This document shows, piece by piece, positions 13,162-26,900 of a DNA stretch of 64,000 nucleotides. The notes under the pieces were generated by a model. It was not told the DNA's origin and did no database searches. It saw only the letters and a list, made by a program, of their open reading frames with translations. A program made the translations under genes and the position numbers. The stretch is from Octopus bimaculoides (taxonomy: Eukaryota): positions 133,648,390-133,712,389 of the forward strand of contig NC_068984.1 in assembly GCF_001194135.2 (NCBI RefSeq), given 5' to 3'. Positions within the stretch are counted from its first letter, which is position 1, and the number at the start of each line of letters is the position of its first letter.

Positions 13162-14346
13162 TTGGATCATCCATAAATAGTGCATTTTTTTCAATTGCAT
13201 GAACTACAAGTTGGAGTGGGATGGGATAACTACGTGCATATAAAAGTAGGAAGTAATTTTACCTTGATTTTATTCTTAGTGCAAATTTTGAAGAGTGCAG
13301 TTCGATTTTAAGTTTGTTTTTTTTTTCAAAGCTATAATTGAAGTGACAAGGAGCATATTCAGCATATTTTGCTTTATGAGTTCAATAATGGCAACAACGC
13401 AATGGAAACTGCAAGGAATATTAATGCAGTATATGGAGGTCGGACAATAAGCATAAGCCAGTGTCAATGGTGGTTCCAGAAATTCTGAGCCAGAAACTAC
13501 AGCCTAGAAGACGAACCTTGTCCTGGAAGATCTGTAGAGCTTGACAAGGATGTCCAGCAAATCCTTGTAACTGTTGAGGAACTAGCGGAAAAGCTTGGAT
13601 TTGGTCATTCAATCATTCATCGACACCTATGTGCCATTGGAAATGTCAGTATATTCAGTCAATAGGTTCCTCACAAACTTTCTGAATCTTATTGCATGTA
13701 GAGAGTGAATGTATGCTCCTCTTTGCTGTCATGTCTCATGAATGAACCTTTTTTGGACCGAATAGTGACTGGTGACAGGAAATGAGTTCCCTCTAAAAAA
13801 TATCAACCTCCAAAGACAGTGGGTAGGGAAAGGAGAAACACCAGCACCCCAGGCTAAAGAAGGTCTTCAATCACATAAGGTGTTGTTATCTGTTTGGTGG
13901 GATATGAAAGGTTTAGTCCACTTTGAACTTTTAAACCCAAACCAAATGATAACAAAAGAGATCTACTGCGAGCAGCTTGAGTGGCCTAAGTCAGCGCTAG
14001 ATGAAAAATAATACCTTTGGTTTCAAAGCAAAAGGTGTTCTTCCATCAGCATAATGCTTGGCCACATACAGCAAGGATGACATTCCAAAGGCTGGAGCAG
14101 TTTGAATGGGAAATGATGCCCTACCCACCGTATTCACTGGTTATTGCCCCATCAGAACAGTACTGGAGGAGTACTTTTTGTGACAGACAAGTGAATTTTG
14201 GAAGAGAGGCCTTGCAAGTCTACCAGATAGATGGAAGAGCATTGTAGGAAATGAAGGAGAGTATATTTTAGATTTAAAAATAACTTTATTTTATTTTTCA
14301 AAAATAAAAGAAGTATAAAAACCACATTATTTATGGGATGACCCAA
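13162..14346 (+). mobile_element. Near full-length decayed mariner (DD34D-type) transposon
   Basis: TA|TTGGATCATCCATAAATAGTG and TTATTTATGGGATGACCCAA|TA TIRs. Broken transposase motifs: VPHKL (WVPHEL), IVTGD-K, KVLLSVWWDMKGLVHFELL, HQHNAWPH, YPPYSLVIAPSE (YSPDLAPSD). Multiple stops and frameshifts. Confidence 0.9.
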
Positions 14347-14768
14347 TACTTCTACAATACATAATTACCAAACTATTTCTATACTAGTTTTAGTCATTGG
14401 ACTGTGCCATGCTGAGGTATTGCCTTTGAATGTTTAGTTAATCATACCAACCTCAGTACATATTCTAAAGTTTAAGTCTGGTATTATTTTATCAATATTT
14501 ATTTGTTGAACTACTAAGTTACAGGATATAAATAAACAAACATAAACAAGGATATATTAAAGCAGTGTTAAAAGTTCACTTTCCAACCACATGGCTTTGG
14601 GTTCAGTCCTACTACATGACACCTGATACCTTGGGCATGTATTTTCAGCCAAGTCCTTACAAGTGTATTTAATAGACAGAAACTGAAAGAAGCCTGCTAT
14701 GTATACAATAAATAAATAAATGAGCAAATTAATTAATAAATGAATAAATATATATATAGATGTAGATT

Positions 14769-14802
<34 letters not shown>

Positions 14803-17080
14803 CAGATAGACAGGGAGATAGAGAGATAGGTAGATAGATAGATATAGATATACCCACAATACATGCATCTATATATACTTATATAATATATTTACATATG
14901 TAAGTATATATTTAAGTACATGTATGTGTGTGTGCATGCGTGCATGCATGTGATGAGTGTCCTAATCATATAAGTGGTGCCTTTCATTTTCAACCTTCCA
15001 TGAAATCATGCTTAGCCATGGGGAAATCTTAGTATACTTGAAAACAGGAGTGGGTTGGTAAAAGGAAAGGCAATCTTTCTGAACTAATCCAAGCAAGTAT
15101 AGAAAAGGGAACATAAAAATGACAATGACGATGCTTTATTCATTCATGTGAATAAGACTTACAAATACAAAAATAATACCCAAGGAGTAGGATACATTGT
15201 ATTCTTTAATAGATACTTTAATCTTTTTATACCTTTCACTTGTTTCAGTCATTAGATTGTGGCCATGCTGGGGCACCACCTTGAAGAATTTTCTTAGTTG
15301 AATGAATCGATCCCAGTCCTTATATGTTTTTTTAAAGCCTAATACTTATTCTATAGGTCTCTTTTGCCAAGCTACTAAGTTACAGAGACATAAACACACC
15401 AACACCAGCTGTCAGGCATTGGTGGGGGACAAACATCAGTTGTCACGCAATGCTGGCAGGGGACAAACATAGACACAAACACATACACATAAATATATAC
15501 ATATTTGACTACTGACTGAGACCTTTGGAAGTGTGCTGTGCGTGAGAAGACCCGGCAAGCCAAGTAAGATCGTTGCCAGTGCCCCTGGACTGGCTCTTGT
15601 GCGGGTGGCACATAAGATGCACCATTTTGAGCGTGGCCATTGCCAGTACCGCCTGACTGGCTCCCGTAGGATTTTCGAGCGAGATCGTTGCCAGTGCCCC
15701 TGGACTGGCTTGTGCGGGTGGCACATAAAAGATACCATTTCGAGCGTGGCCGTTGCCAGTATCACCTGACTGGCCTTCGTGCAGGTGACACGTAAAAGCA
15801 CCTACTACCCTCTCTGAGTGGTTGGCGTTAGGAAGGGCATCCAGCTGTAGAAACTCTGCCAAATTTAGATTGGAGCCTGGTGTTGCCATCCGGTTTCACC
15901 AGTCCTCAGTCAAATCGTCCAACCCATGCTAGCATGGAAAGCAGACGTTAAATGATGATGATGATGTGTGTGTCTATATATAAATATATATATATATAGA
16001 AGTCCACCCAGACTTGTACCCTGGATGGAAACCTCTTAGGTGCACCCATGGTCATTTGTGACAGACAGAGTCGAGTTATATTACTCTCTTTTACTCATTT
16101 ACTTGTTTCAGTAATTTGACTGTGGCCATGCTGGAGCACTGCCTTTAGTCAAGCAAATCGACCCCAAGACTTATTCTTTATAAGCCAAGTACTTATTCTA
16201 TCGGTCTCTTTTGCTGAACTGCTAAGTTACGGGAACATAACCAGCATCAGTTGTCAAGCGTTGGTGGGGGGACAAACACAGAAACACACACACACACATT
16301 TATATATATATACAAATATACGGCGGGCTTCTTTCAGTTTCCGTCTACCAAATCCACTCACAAGGCTTTGGTCAGCCTGAGGCTATAGTGGAAGACACTT
16401 GCCCAAGGTGACACACAGTGGGACTGAACCCGGAACCATGTGGTTGGTAAGCTAGATACTTACCACACAGCCACTCCTGCGTTTATTTAATATTTTATCA
16501 ACTCTGGAAGAAAGAATGGCAAAATCAATTCTGGTAGGATTTGAGCTTATAACGTAAAGGGAGATAACTAAATACAACAAGGTACTTTGCCCCACGCTCC
16601 CTTGTTTTTGTCGCATCAGCTCCTTTGTAAAGTTTAAGTGAGACCGTAGCCGTGGCCTATGCAGGTGTTGTGTAAGTAGCCCATTTAAGAATACCCTTCA
16701 ATCATTGGACAATATATGGTACTTGAGAAGATCTGTTGAGTCAAGTGAAATCATTGTCATGGCTGATGACAGTACCACCTGACTGGCACCCGTACTGGCG
16801 GCATGTAAAAAGCACCATATGAGCATGATCGATGTCAGGCCTGCCCCTGACTGGTCCCATGCCAGTGGCATGTAAAAAGTGCCATTCAAGCGTGGTCGAT
16901 GCCAGTACTGCCTGACTGCCCCCCCCCCATGCTGATGGTAAATAAAAAGCACTCACTACACTCTCAGAGTGGTTGGCATTAGGAAGGGCATCCAGCTGTA
17001 GAAACCATGCCAGATCAGATTGGAGCCTGGTGCAGTCTCCTGGTTTGCCGGTCTTCATGGAAAACGGACATTAAGCAATG

Positions 17081-17398
17081 NNNNNNNNNNNNNNNNNNNN
17101 NNNNNNNNNNNNNNNNNNNNNNNNNNNNNNNNNNNNNNNNNNNNNNNNNNNNNNNNNNNNNNNNNNNNNNNNNNNNNNNNNNNNNNNNNNNNNNNNNNNN
17201 NNNNNNNNNNNNNNNNNNNNNNNNNNNNNNNNNNNNNNNNNNNNNNNNNNNNNNNNNNNNNNNNNNNNNNNNNNNNNNNNNNNNNNNNNNNNNNNNNNNN
17301 NNNNNNNNNNNNNNNNNNNNNNNNNNNNNNNNNNNNNNNNNNNNNNNNNNNNNNNNNNNNNNNNNNNNNNNNNNNNNNNNNNNNNNNNNNNNNNNNNN
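17081..17398. other. Assembly gap (others: 19334-19590, 23744-23793, 49259-49356)
   Basis: Runs of N, mostly flanked by microsatellites or repeats. Confidence 1.
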
Positions 17399-18579
17399 GT
17401 GGTGGTGGTGGTGGTGGTGGTGGTGGTAGCGGCGACGACGACGACGACGACTTCTAACACAAACACAAGGCCTCATAGTTAAGTGCAGGAATATAATCGA
17501 TTATATTTCCCTCAGTACGTGACTGGATTTGATTTTATCGATCTTTGGAAGGATGAAAGGCAAAGGTGACCTTGATGGGGTTTAAACGTAAAAGGCCATA
17601 ACTAAAAATTTGAATCAAACATTTTGATACGATACTAATTTTGTCAATCCACCACTCTTGTAAACTTCGTAATAACTGAGCCAACAGGGTAGCCTGTATG
17701 TGGTCGCATGGCCTGCTAGAAATAGCAGTGGATAATGCAGGCTCAGACATATGAAAATGAAACAGTCTTGTCATGGCTGGAATGCTTTTAATCATTAGTC
17801 AGATTAACCAGGACTGACCTAGGACTAAACAACAACACCAGCAATAACAACTTGGACATTATTATTGTTGTTGTTATTTCACATCAGGTCAGCACTCATG
17901 AAGATCTGTTATCAATAGTGTTCTGTCCATGACCAACTCGTCTTTATTTTTCTTCAGACTATTTCAGACTATATACCTAAATATGTCCCTTTTCTAAAAT
18001 GATAGTATGTGATTTAAAAATGATTTTGTTGCTATTTCTAGCAGGCTGGTTAAGTGATCGTGTAGCTTCCCTCTCCCCTGCTGTGTTGTGATTGTGGCCT
18101 TATTAAACATTGTTTTATAAAATATGTGTCACAAGTTTAATTCACAACATGCCATATATATAAATAATACATATAATAGACAGATACAGTGAAAGAGAGT
18201 ACTCGATGTACACATATACCTACCTACCTACCTACCTACCTACCTACATACATACATACATATATACATCATATATACATACATACATACATACATACAT
18301 ACATACGTACGTACGTACATACATACATACATACATACATACAAAAATACCCTGTTGTTGATGTTGAGATTCCAATAAAAGAACTTTGGATCTGGGTTAG
18401 AAACTGGTTCTTTCTTTATTGGCAAGAAATCTTGAAATAAACTGAATAATGACATATATACATGAAGATTACATGCCTCTAAATGAAATATTACTCCTGG
18501 TTTTGTTTTTAATTTTTCTGATAAGATTACAATTGTTTTAATGTTATTGCACACTTTCACCCAGTTCATGTGTGTGTGA

Positions 18580-18613
<34 letters not shown>

Positions 18614-18673
18614 GTCAGATAAGTACTTAGCATACATGTGGAGTAAAGTGGATACATTCATTCATTAGTGATT

Positions 18674-18750
18674 AGTCCTACTGATAGCTCAACCTATTTC
18701 AACAAGTCTAGCTACAACAGCTAAACTCACTTCATCAGGAACACAGGACT
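18674..18750 (-). ncRNA. Degenerate type I hammerhead-ribozyme-like motif (with inverted, more degenerate partner at ~18770-18830 +)
   Basis: Minus strand: AGTCCTG-TGTTC-CTGATGA-[13-bp stem II with G-U pairs, loop GTTGT]-GAAA-TAG-GTTGAG-CTA-TC-AG-TAGGACT. The core-proximal part of stem I is mismatched. Confidence 0.4.
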
Positions 18751-19037
18751 TTATACATGTATGAGTTATGGGAGCCCTGATGAAGTGAGTTTGGGTGTTG
18801 TTAGGTTTGATGAAACAGACTGAGCTCTTCGCAAGGCCATTAGTAAATGCAGGTATGGGCATAGCTGTGTGGGTCAGAAGTTTGCTTCGGAGCCACATAA
18901 TTTCAGATTCAGTTCCACAGAGTAATGGCTTTTACTGTATAACCCAGAGCCAATCAGGGCTTTGTGAATGATTTTGGTTAATGGAAATCATGCAACATGT
19001 GTGTATGTATCTGTGACAATGTATGTCCATGCTTGTT

Positions 19038-19082
<45 letters not shown>

Positions 19083-20996
19083 ATGTGCATGCATGCATGC
19101 AGATGCCTTTATTTGCAAGTGGTCATTCAAAGGTCATTGCTCAGTCATGCATTGAAAGAGTGAATTTGAACTAGAAACAATAAAACTTCTTTCTTTCAAT
19201 TTATTTCTTTATTTCTATTTACATTCATACACACACATACACACACACATCATCATCATCGTTTAACGTCCGCTTTCCATGCTAGCATGGGTTGGACGAT
19301 TTGACTGAGGACTGGTGAAACCGGATGGCAACANNNNNNNNNNNNNNNNNNNNNNNNNNNNNNNNNNNNNNNNNNNNNNNNNNNNNNNNNNNNNNNNNNN
19401 NNNNNNNNNNNNNNNNNNNNNNNNNNNNNNNNNNNNNNNNNNNNNNNNNNNNNNNNNNNNNNNNNNNNNNNNNNNNNNNNNNNNNNNNNNNNNNNNNNNN
19501 NNNNNNNNNNNNNNNNNNNNNNNNNNNNNNNNNNNNNNNNNNNNNNNNNNNNNNNNNNNNNNNNNNNNNNNNNNNNNNNNNNNNNNNNNNTACATACATA
19601 CATACATACATACATACATACGTACATACATACATACATACATACGTACGTACGTACATACATACATACATACAAATATACATTTTCTAGAGTAGTAGTT
19701 TTTCCCTTCTGTCACAGTGGCACCAGTCCCCAAGAGTGAATTGTAAGGGTATTGATGTCACTAAAGTAGAAAAATCTATAGCTACTTTCTGCAAAGTGAT
19801 TTGTTTTTATTGAATAAACTGCTGTCACTAAAGTGGAAAAATCTATGGTTATTTATCATTGAAGAGAAGCTATTACATTTTTTAAGAAGTCGAGACGTTT
19901 GTAATTTGAAAGATGGCCTCTTCATGCAGGATTGCTGGGAAGTGGAGGGACCTCCTTGTATTGAGCTTCCGTATCTTTTGTAGAAAGGGGGCCCCGATAT
20001 CAAGGGGTCCCTAATATCGAGGCGTCCAGTGCAATTGCCCCCTTGGCATCATGGCCGTGGTAGATGACACATGTCCAAGGTGCCACACAGTAGGGCTGAA
20101 CCCAGAAACATGTGGTTGGGAAGCAAACTTCTTACCACATAGCCACACCTGTGCTTTTTTTTTCAATTTAATTTGAAAATAATGAAGAACTTAGCGAAGT
20201 AACTTAGTCACTATTAAGCTGGTGTTTAGAGCATCTATTAACAAGGAATTTTGAAGGAAGGTTTTAATTGAGATCACATGAAACAGGAAGCTTATGTCAG
20301 AGAACCAGAGACAGTCTCTGGGAGGCTGTTCCCTAAAGGATTAAGAGAGGTCTAGTCACTAATTCTATTAATTAGATGAGTGACTCTACAAAGCCTTTGT
20401 CTTTCCCCCTGTGTAGGGATCATGGTCAATTCACTTATTAAGCATTGTTTTATAAAATATGTGTCACATGTTTAATTCACGACATACCATATGTATAAAT
20501 AATACATATAATAGACAGATATAGTGATGGAAGGTATTTGTAGGACACATTGATTACACACACACACATTCATACATACAAGTTTATTAAAGTATGTCAC
20601 ATTTTTAATTCACAATATGTGTTTGTGTGTGTGTGTGTGTATGTATGTACGTATGTATGTGTGTGTATTTTATCTTTTACTCGTTTCAGTCCATCCTGAG
20701 GTACAGCCTTGGAAAGGTTTAATTCAACAAATCAACGTCAGTACTTATTTTTAGGGCTGGAACATAAACAGTAATTGTGAAGCTGTGGTGGGGGGAAAAA
20801 AATGCCGCCAAATCAGAAAGATCCGAAAACATGACACAAATGCAAACACACACACACACACACAGATAGATACATATGGGGTGGGGAAGGAAAACTTAGA
20901 AAATAATAGATAATTCACCAAATTGCTTATTTCACAACAACAAGCAACTTGACATAGATATAATTTTAACACAAGTTTATAGGAGTATAAAGAGAC

Positions 20997-22160
20997 AACT
21001 TATTCAATATGTCCACCTTCATTGTCTACCACAGCCTTCACACGCCACCTGAAGGCATCACAACTCTTCATGATGAAGTACTCAGACATGGGATCTTTCT
21101 GATTTGGCGGGCACCACTTTTAGGGTTAGGGTTATGAGTATTTTTGCCAAACTTTAACCCTAACCCTAACTCTAAAACCCGAACCCTAACCCTAAAGCTA
21201 AAACCAGTACAAATGCACGAACGATGTCATAAATAACAGTACCACAGATAGTTGTTGTTGACAAACAACAGCACTAATTTTATTCAAGGGAAAAGATCCC
21301 ATTACACCGCCACAACGTCTTGTTGACAAACCACAGCAGTAATTGTTTCCACCTCAATAGACATCAGTGATTGGTTAAAATTACCGAAATACGACAATTT
21401 TAACACAAAATAATTTTTAAAAGATAAAATTTTCTCAACACTAAGAGTAAAAGATGTTTTCCATGACACATTCTACCAGTGTCCCAAGTTTGAAAGTGTT
21501 TTGTTAAGAAAACAAGTGGCGCCTGCCAAATCAGAAAGATCCCAGACATGTTGTTCCACTCTTCTTTCAGGATTGGCTTAAAATGATCAACACTTGGATG
21601 TGAAGTTCTGTCGGTAGAGTGCTCCAATTTACCCCCATATGGCATAGTCCAGAGGGTTCAAGTCTGGACTGGAAGAAGGCCAGAAGTTGGCAGGTCAAAA
21701 GTCAGAGAAGCTGTCTTCGCAGAATTTCTGCACTTCCTTTGTCATACGAGCAGGTGCACCATCTTGGGTCGACACATAATTACCGTTCGGGTAGTTAGAC
21801 TTCAGCCAAGGCAAAACCTTATATCACAGGACTTTATAATAAACTTGAGCCCCCACCTTTTCCCCAGACTTGAAAATATGGAGTGGCATCTTTTTTCCGT
21901 CAGACACCACAACTCTGAGTATCATGACTTGAGATGGGTGCTTGGTCCTAAAGATGTGCCTTACTTCAGAAAGTGATTTAGCAATCTTCCATTTCGACAC
22001 TCCTATGAGCGTTTGTAACCTCGTTACCATTGTTATAATGACACTATTATACAGTGGGAGGTATCCTTCTCACCACTGTTATGTCCCACTACTACACATC
22101 AGTGGTTGTGTGAGATACGAATCCTTATTGCCACTGTTATGTCCTGCATTATGACGACGT
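20997..22160 (-). mobile_element. Decayed Tc1/mariner transposase of maT (DD37D)-like type, interrupted by a MITE
   Basis: Fragments RTKHPSQVMILRVVVSDG, LPWLKSNYPNGNYVSTQDGAPA, FWPSSSPDLNPLDYAIW and terminal KAVVDNEGGHIE*. Subfamily assignment is inference. Confidence 0.8.
21090..21543. mobile_element. MITE with ~28-bp TIRs, 6-bp TSD and internal TTAGGG/TAACCC repeats
   Basis: AGACAT|GGGATCTTTCTGATTTGGCGGGCACCAC ... GTGGCGCCTGCCAAATCAGAAAGATCCC|AGACAT. Removing it rejoins the maT transposase (…WNNMS/EYFIMK…). Confidence 0.85.
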
Positions 22161-22319
22161 ATTTCGTCATCTCTGCGGGACTAGCCCAAACAGCATACCT
22201 CGCTGACTGACATTATTGACTGTGTCAGTCCACTATTTATTAGTAGTGGACTAGCCCACTTCTCACCTGGGGGCATCCACCACAACAAGATCTAAAGCAA
22301 TTACAATGAATATGGAGAC

Positions 22320-23422
22320 TGGTTCATTTACATTTTTTTAAAAATTTAATTATTTTTAGTGTTAATTATACAGCATAATTGGTTTAGATATGGCTGACAA
22401 GTGTTTCTGCTGCATAGGCAATTAGCAGTTGCATTTGCATCCATCTATTTTCGACTAGGTACTTTTATTCAAAGCAAAGTGTATTTATGCATGGCTAATG
22501 TATTTTGCTAGGTTATTAAGGTTTTAAGTAAAAAAAAGTGGGGGGGGGAATTGAGGTGGAGATTTAGAAACTTCATATGGTTATAAAAATTACAGTGCGG
22601 TGGACTCATCCCAACCTGAGGTTTAAGTTTAAAACTAAGAGTTGTAGACCTTAAAATAGGTCAAAGTGTATTTCTCAATGTTTTGTAAAACAAGCAGGTA
22701 CTACATCAGATCAAATATAATCAAATTAAATTCTATCAGATTAAATTATATATATGTGGGTATAAGAAACTTATTTATGTGGGCAATTTGAGAACTTTCC
22801 TGTCTGATTGAGTTTCAGATTATATTCAGTTTGCTATGATTTCTAAAAACGATATTTTAATTTAATGAGATATTTTTAAAAAGATATTTTAATTTAATGA
22901 AATATTTTTAAAAAGATATTTTAATTTTATGAAATTAAATTAAAATATCTTATAAGATCCTTATACCACATGTATCTAATTGAATCTGATAAAATCTAAT
23001 TTGATTTTGTTTAATCTCATTTGGTACCTGCTGTGTGTATAAAACATTGAGGAATACACTTTGACCTACCTAGGATCTAGAACTCTCAGTTTCAAACTTA
23101 AACATAAGGTCGGGATAAGGTCAACCACACTGTAATTTTTATAGACACGTCAAGTTTCTAAATCTCCATCTCATTTCCTTTTTTTTCTATCTGAAACCAT
23201 AGTAACCTGGCAAAATACATTCGCCATGCATAAATACACTCAGTTTGCTTTGAACTACATTTGTGACAGATCCAGGTGCCTAGTTAAAAACAGGTAGATG
23301 CAAATGCAATTGCTAATTGCCTATGCAACAGAAACGTGTCGGTCACATCTAAACCAATTATGCTGTATAATTAACTGTAAAAATAAAAAAAGTATGCAGA
23401 TGATATGTTCACAATGAAACCA
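22320..23422. repeat. ~1.1-kb foldback palindrome (probable non-autonomous DNA element)
   Basis: The left arm (e.g. GCATAGGCAATTAGCAGTTGCATTTGCATC; GGTCAAAGTGTATTTCTCAATG) is the imperfect reverse complement of the right arm (GATGCAAATGCAATTGCTAATTGCCTATGC; CATTGAGGAATACACTTTGACC). The centre is an AT-rich tandem repeat. Confidence 0.8.
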
Positions 23423-23704
23423 AATTCATGACCACATGGTTGAGGCACAGCCATATATATTATGATGATGATGATGATGATGATATATATACTCTCTCTC
23501 TTTTACTTGTTTCAGTCATTTGACTGTGGCCATGCTGGAGCACCGCCTTTAGTCGAGCAAATCGACCCTAGGACTTATTCTTTGTAAGCCTAGTACTTAT
23601 TCTATCGGTCTCTTTTGCTGAACCGCTAAGTTACAGGGACGTAAACACACCAGCATCGGTTGTCAAGTGATGTTGGGGGGACAAACACAGACACACAAAC
23701 ATAT

Positions 23705-23743
<39 letters not shown>

Positions 23744-23881
23744 NNNNNNNNNNNNNNNNNNNNNNNNNNNNNNNNNNNNNNNNNNNNNNNNNNGTGTGTG
23801 TTTAAATATATTATTTTATACCAAAAATTTGGCAAAAGAATATAGTATTTTCAATGGATCAGTTTTGAGCTCTATTTAAAG

Positions 23882-23916
<35 letters not shown>

Positions 23917-26900
23917 CTACAATGGGTTTCTTTCAGTTTCCGTTTACCAAATCCACTCACAAGGCTTTGGTGAGCCCGAGGCTATAGTAGAAGACACTTG
24001 CCCAAGGTGCCATGTAACATGTTTAATTTTAATTTTGCAATTTAAATAACAAAACTTCAAACATATCCTATTCCCCACCAAACAAATAATCCAACCTGAC
24101 TAACCCATACTTTTTCAACCCACTCCCACCTTTTTCACCCTCCTAACTTTCCATCCATCCATCCCAACATTTAACAATATTATTAACAAACCAAGTAAAC
24201 TGCAGTACCATTCACCTCCACATCCATTCAAAGCCACATCACCAATCTCATCCCCTAAAAAAAATGAACATGATGACAATTTACTATTTACAAATAAAAT
24301 CAAAACAGCTTGGATGCTGTTACAACTGACTTCCACAACAACTCAAACTGCAGACCTGAAGCCACACCCCAATATAACCCCACCACTTTTCTATGATTTT
24401 TACTGAATTACCCGGGTAGCCATATACTATCTACGTTTTGTGCATCAATTTCAGTCATATTTATAGAATAACATACAACTACTTTAACACAATAGGGATA
24501 AGTGTGGCTGTGTGTTTAAGAAGCTTGCTTCCTAACCATGAGGTCTCAGGTTCAATCCTATGGTGTAGCATCTTACACAAGTTCTTCTACTATAGCTCTG
24601 GGCTAACCAAAGTCTTGTGAGTGGGTTTGGTTGATGAAACTGAAAGAAGCCTGTTGTAGATATTTTCTTTCTTTTAAAACCTTGTATTTAATGTCCATTT
24701 TTAATGCTGGTATGTGTGTGTGTGTGTGTGTGCTACTTCAGGCTAATGACGAGCAAAGACTCAGAAACATGTCCATGAATGCAGGCTAGGCTGGGTGGAG
24801 GAGTTTATCTCCCCTTCGTAAGGATAAGGGCACAGGAAATGTGTCAAGGCCTAATAGGAAGCGGTCTGGCTTCCTAGGGCTAAACAGCAGTAGTATATTC
24901 CCTTATTGGGACTGTCACGTTAAGTTGGCAGTATACAACTACTTTATATATATATAATATAATATATATATATATATAGGGAGAGAGAGGAGAGAGAGAT
25001 GTGTTTGTGTGTATGTGTGTGTTTATGTTTGTGTATACCCTTGTCTCGACATCACATCCCACAATGGTCGTAAATGACCGTCATTGTTATACAAACGATG
25101 TTGTCCATTCCCAGTTATCTGTGAAAAACATGTCTAGCTATGGAAAGACAAGTCGTGGGTTGGTAACAGGAAGGGTACCCTAGTGTAGAAAATGCTCTTC
25201 AACAAATTCCATCAGATGATAAAAGCTAATAGTGCATCCACCGTCTTCACCACTTTGCCTCTGAACTTCAGTATGCAATACAAGGGAAATAACCAGACAT
25301 CATAATCACTAAACGATTACGTCCCTGACATCTATTTAATTTACGCATTGTTTTTACAACCATTTGCTTCTCTGCAAAATCTCACCTGGCATTTCGTTCG
25401 TTTCAGCCAAACAAATTTGGTTGCTATGTTAGTGTCATTCTATCTGTGATTGAAATAAGTAATAAAAATTGCTATGATTTTGCCTGGTTGAGCACGAACA
25501 GCTATGGTACAGCATTTAACACCAATTGGTATAAAGTGTTGATTACTCACTTTCCAGCGCATTACTATCGTACGTACGTACATACACACTTTCATATTTC
25601 TGAGTAGTATATTCATATTGTCGAGCGGTATATTCCAGTCAAAAAGATACCACCAGTTCCCGCCTACAATTCTTTTCTACTCTAGGGACAAGGCCCGAAG
25701 TTTTGGGGAAGGGGGCCAGTCGATTAGATCGACCCCAATACGCAACTGGTACTTAATTTATCGACCCCGAAAGAATGAAAGGCAAAGTCGACCTCGGCAG
25801 AATTTGAACTCAGAATGTAAAGACAGACGAAATACCGCTAAGCATTTCGCCCGGAGTGCTAACCTTTTCCCGCCTACAATTGTATTTGACAATACTGACG
25901 ACTCTTCAAACATGCAGGCTAGAGGCATATAACCTATTTTATGCAGGAGGTGAATGTGCAATCATAGTTAGCCCAGTGGTGATAAAAAAACAGGAATTGA
26001 ACGAAAAATGTGATGAAATTTATCCATTTTGAAAGAGAGGAAAGAAGAGTTGCCTCCCATGGCAATGTGTCCGCTGACTGAAAGAAATCAGCTGCACTTG
26101 TCTAAAAGTTTTCCAGTCTCTAGTCTAAAAAATGGGACCATCACGTTGCCCAAACGAATTTTCTTTTATAAAAGCAGTGAAAGTTGCATGAGGCTCCAAT
26201 TGTCTGTTTTGGCATTGTTTCTATGGCTGGAAGCCCTTCTTAATGCAAACCACTTTACAGAGTGTATTGGGTGATTTTTATGTGGCACCAGCACAGGAAT
26301 AATATTTGTCAACCCATGGCATTTGAGACATTTAGAGTAGCCGGGCCAAACAGTGACATTTTGTCATTGTTGACAGCTAATCTTATCATTTTACCAAAGT
26401 ATCAAATAATGCTTGTGAAAGTGTTTGGCAGCTCCAGTAACTGGGTCTCCTGATCACCTGCAATAATGCTGGGAGTTTTTTTTGAGTAACCTTAAACCCT
26501 TTTAGAAGAAATTACCAGTATGCCCTATTATAGAAAGTAAATGAGGGAGTTAGCCTTTTTCACTCATTTTTAATGTTACTGTCATTTACTTTAGAAAATT
26601 ATATTCTACATGGTTTCTTATTACGATCCACGATTATATCATTGATTGAGCTGAATATTTATGATGAATTTGCCAACTGACATACATTAATTCAACACAC
26701 CACCAAAGTGGAACTCATAAATAAGTATCTGGTGGTCGTGTAGGTAATTAAGTATAAACCACGAAACCTTTGAATCCCTGTATGTTATCTTCAAACATTT
26801 CAGTTACGCTTAACGAGATAATCGTTACATATTCTAAAAGATATTGGTTTCTTCTTAACTTGACACATAAGCGTTACATTTTAGATATTGGGTGTTATGA

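Noticed and set aside
17007-19733. ORFs of 120-156 aa full of X
   Set aside because: They are artefacts of N gaps.
21121-21200. True or interstitial telomere
   Set aside because: There are only a few degenerate TTAGGG units, and they lie inside a TIR- and TSD-bounded element.
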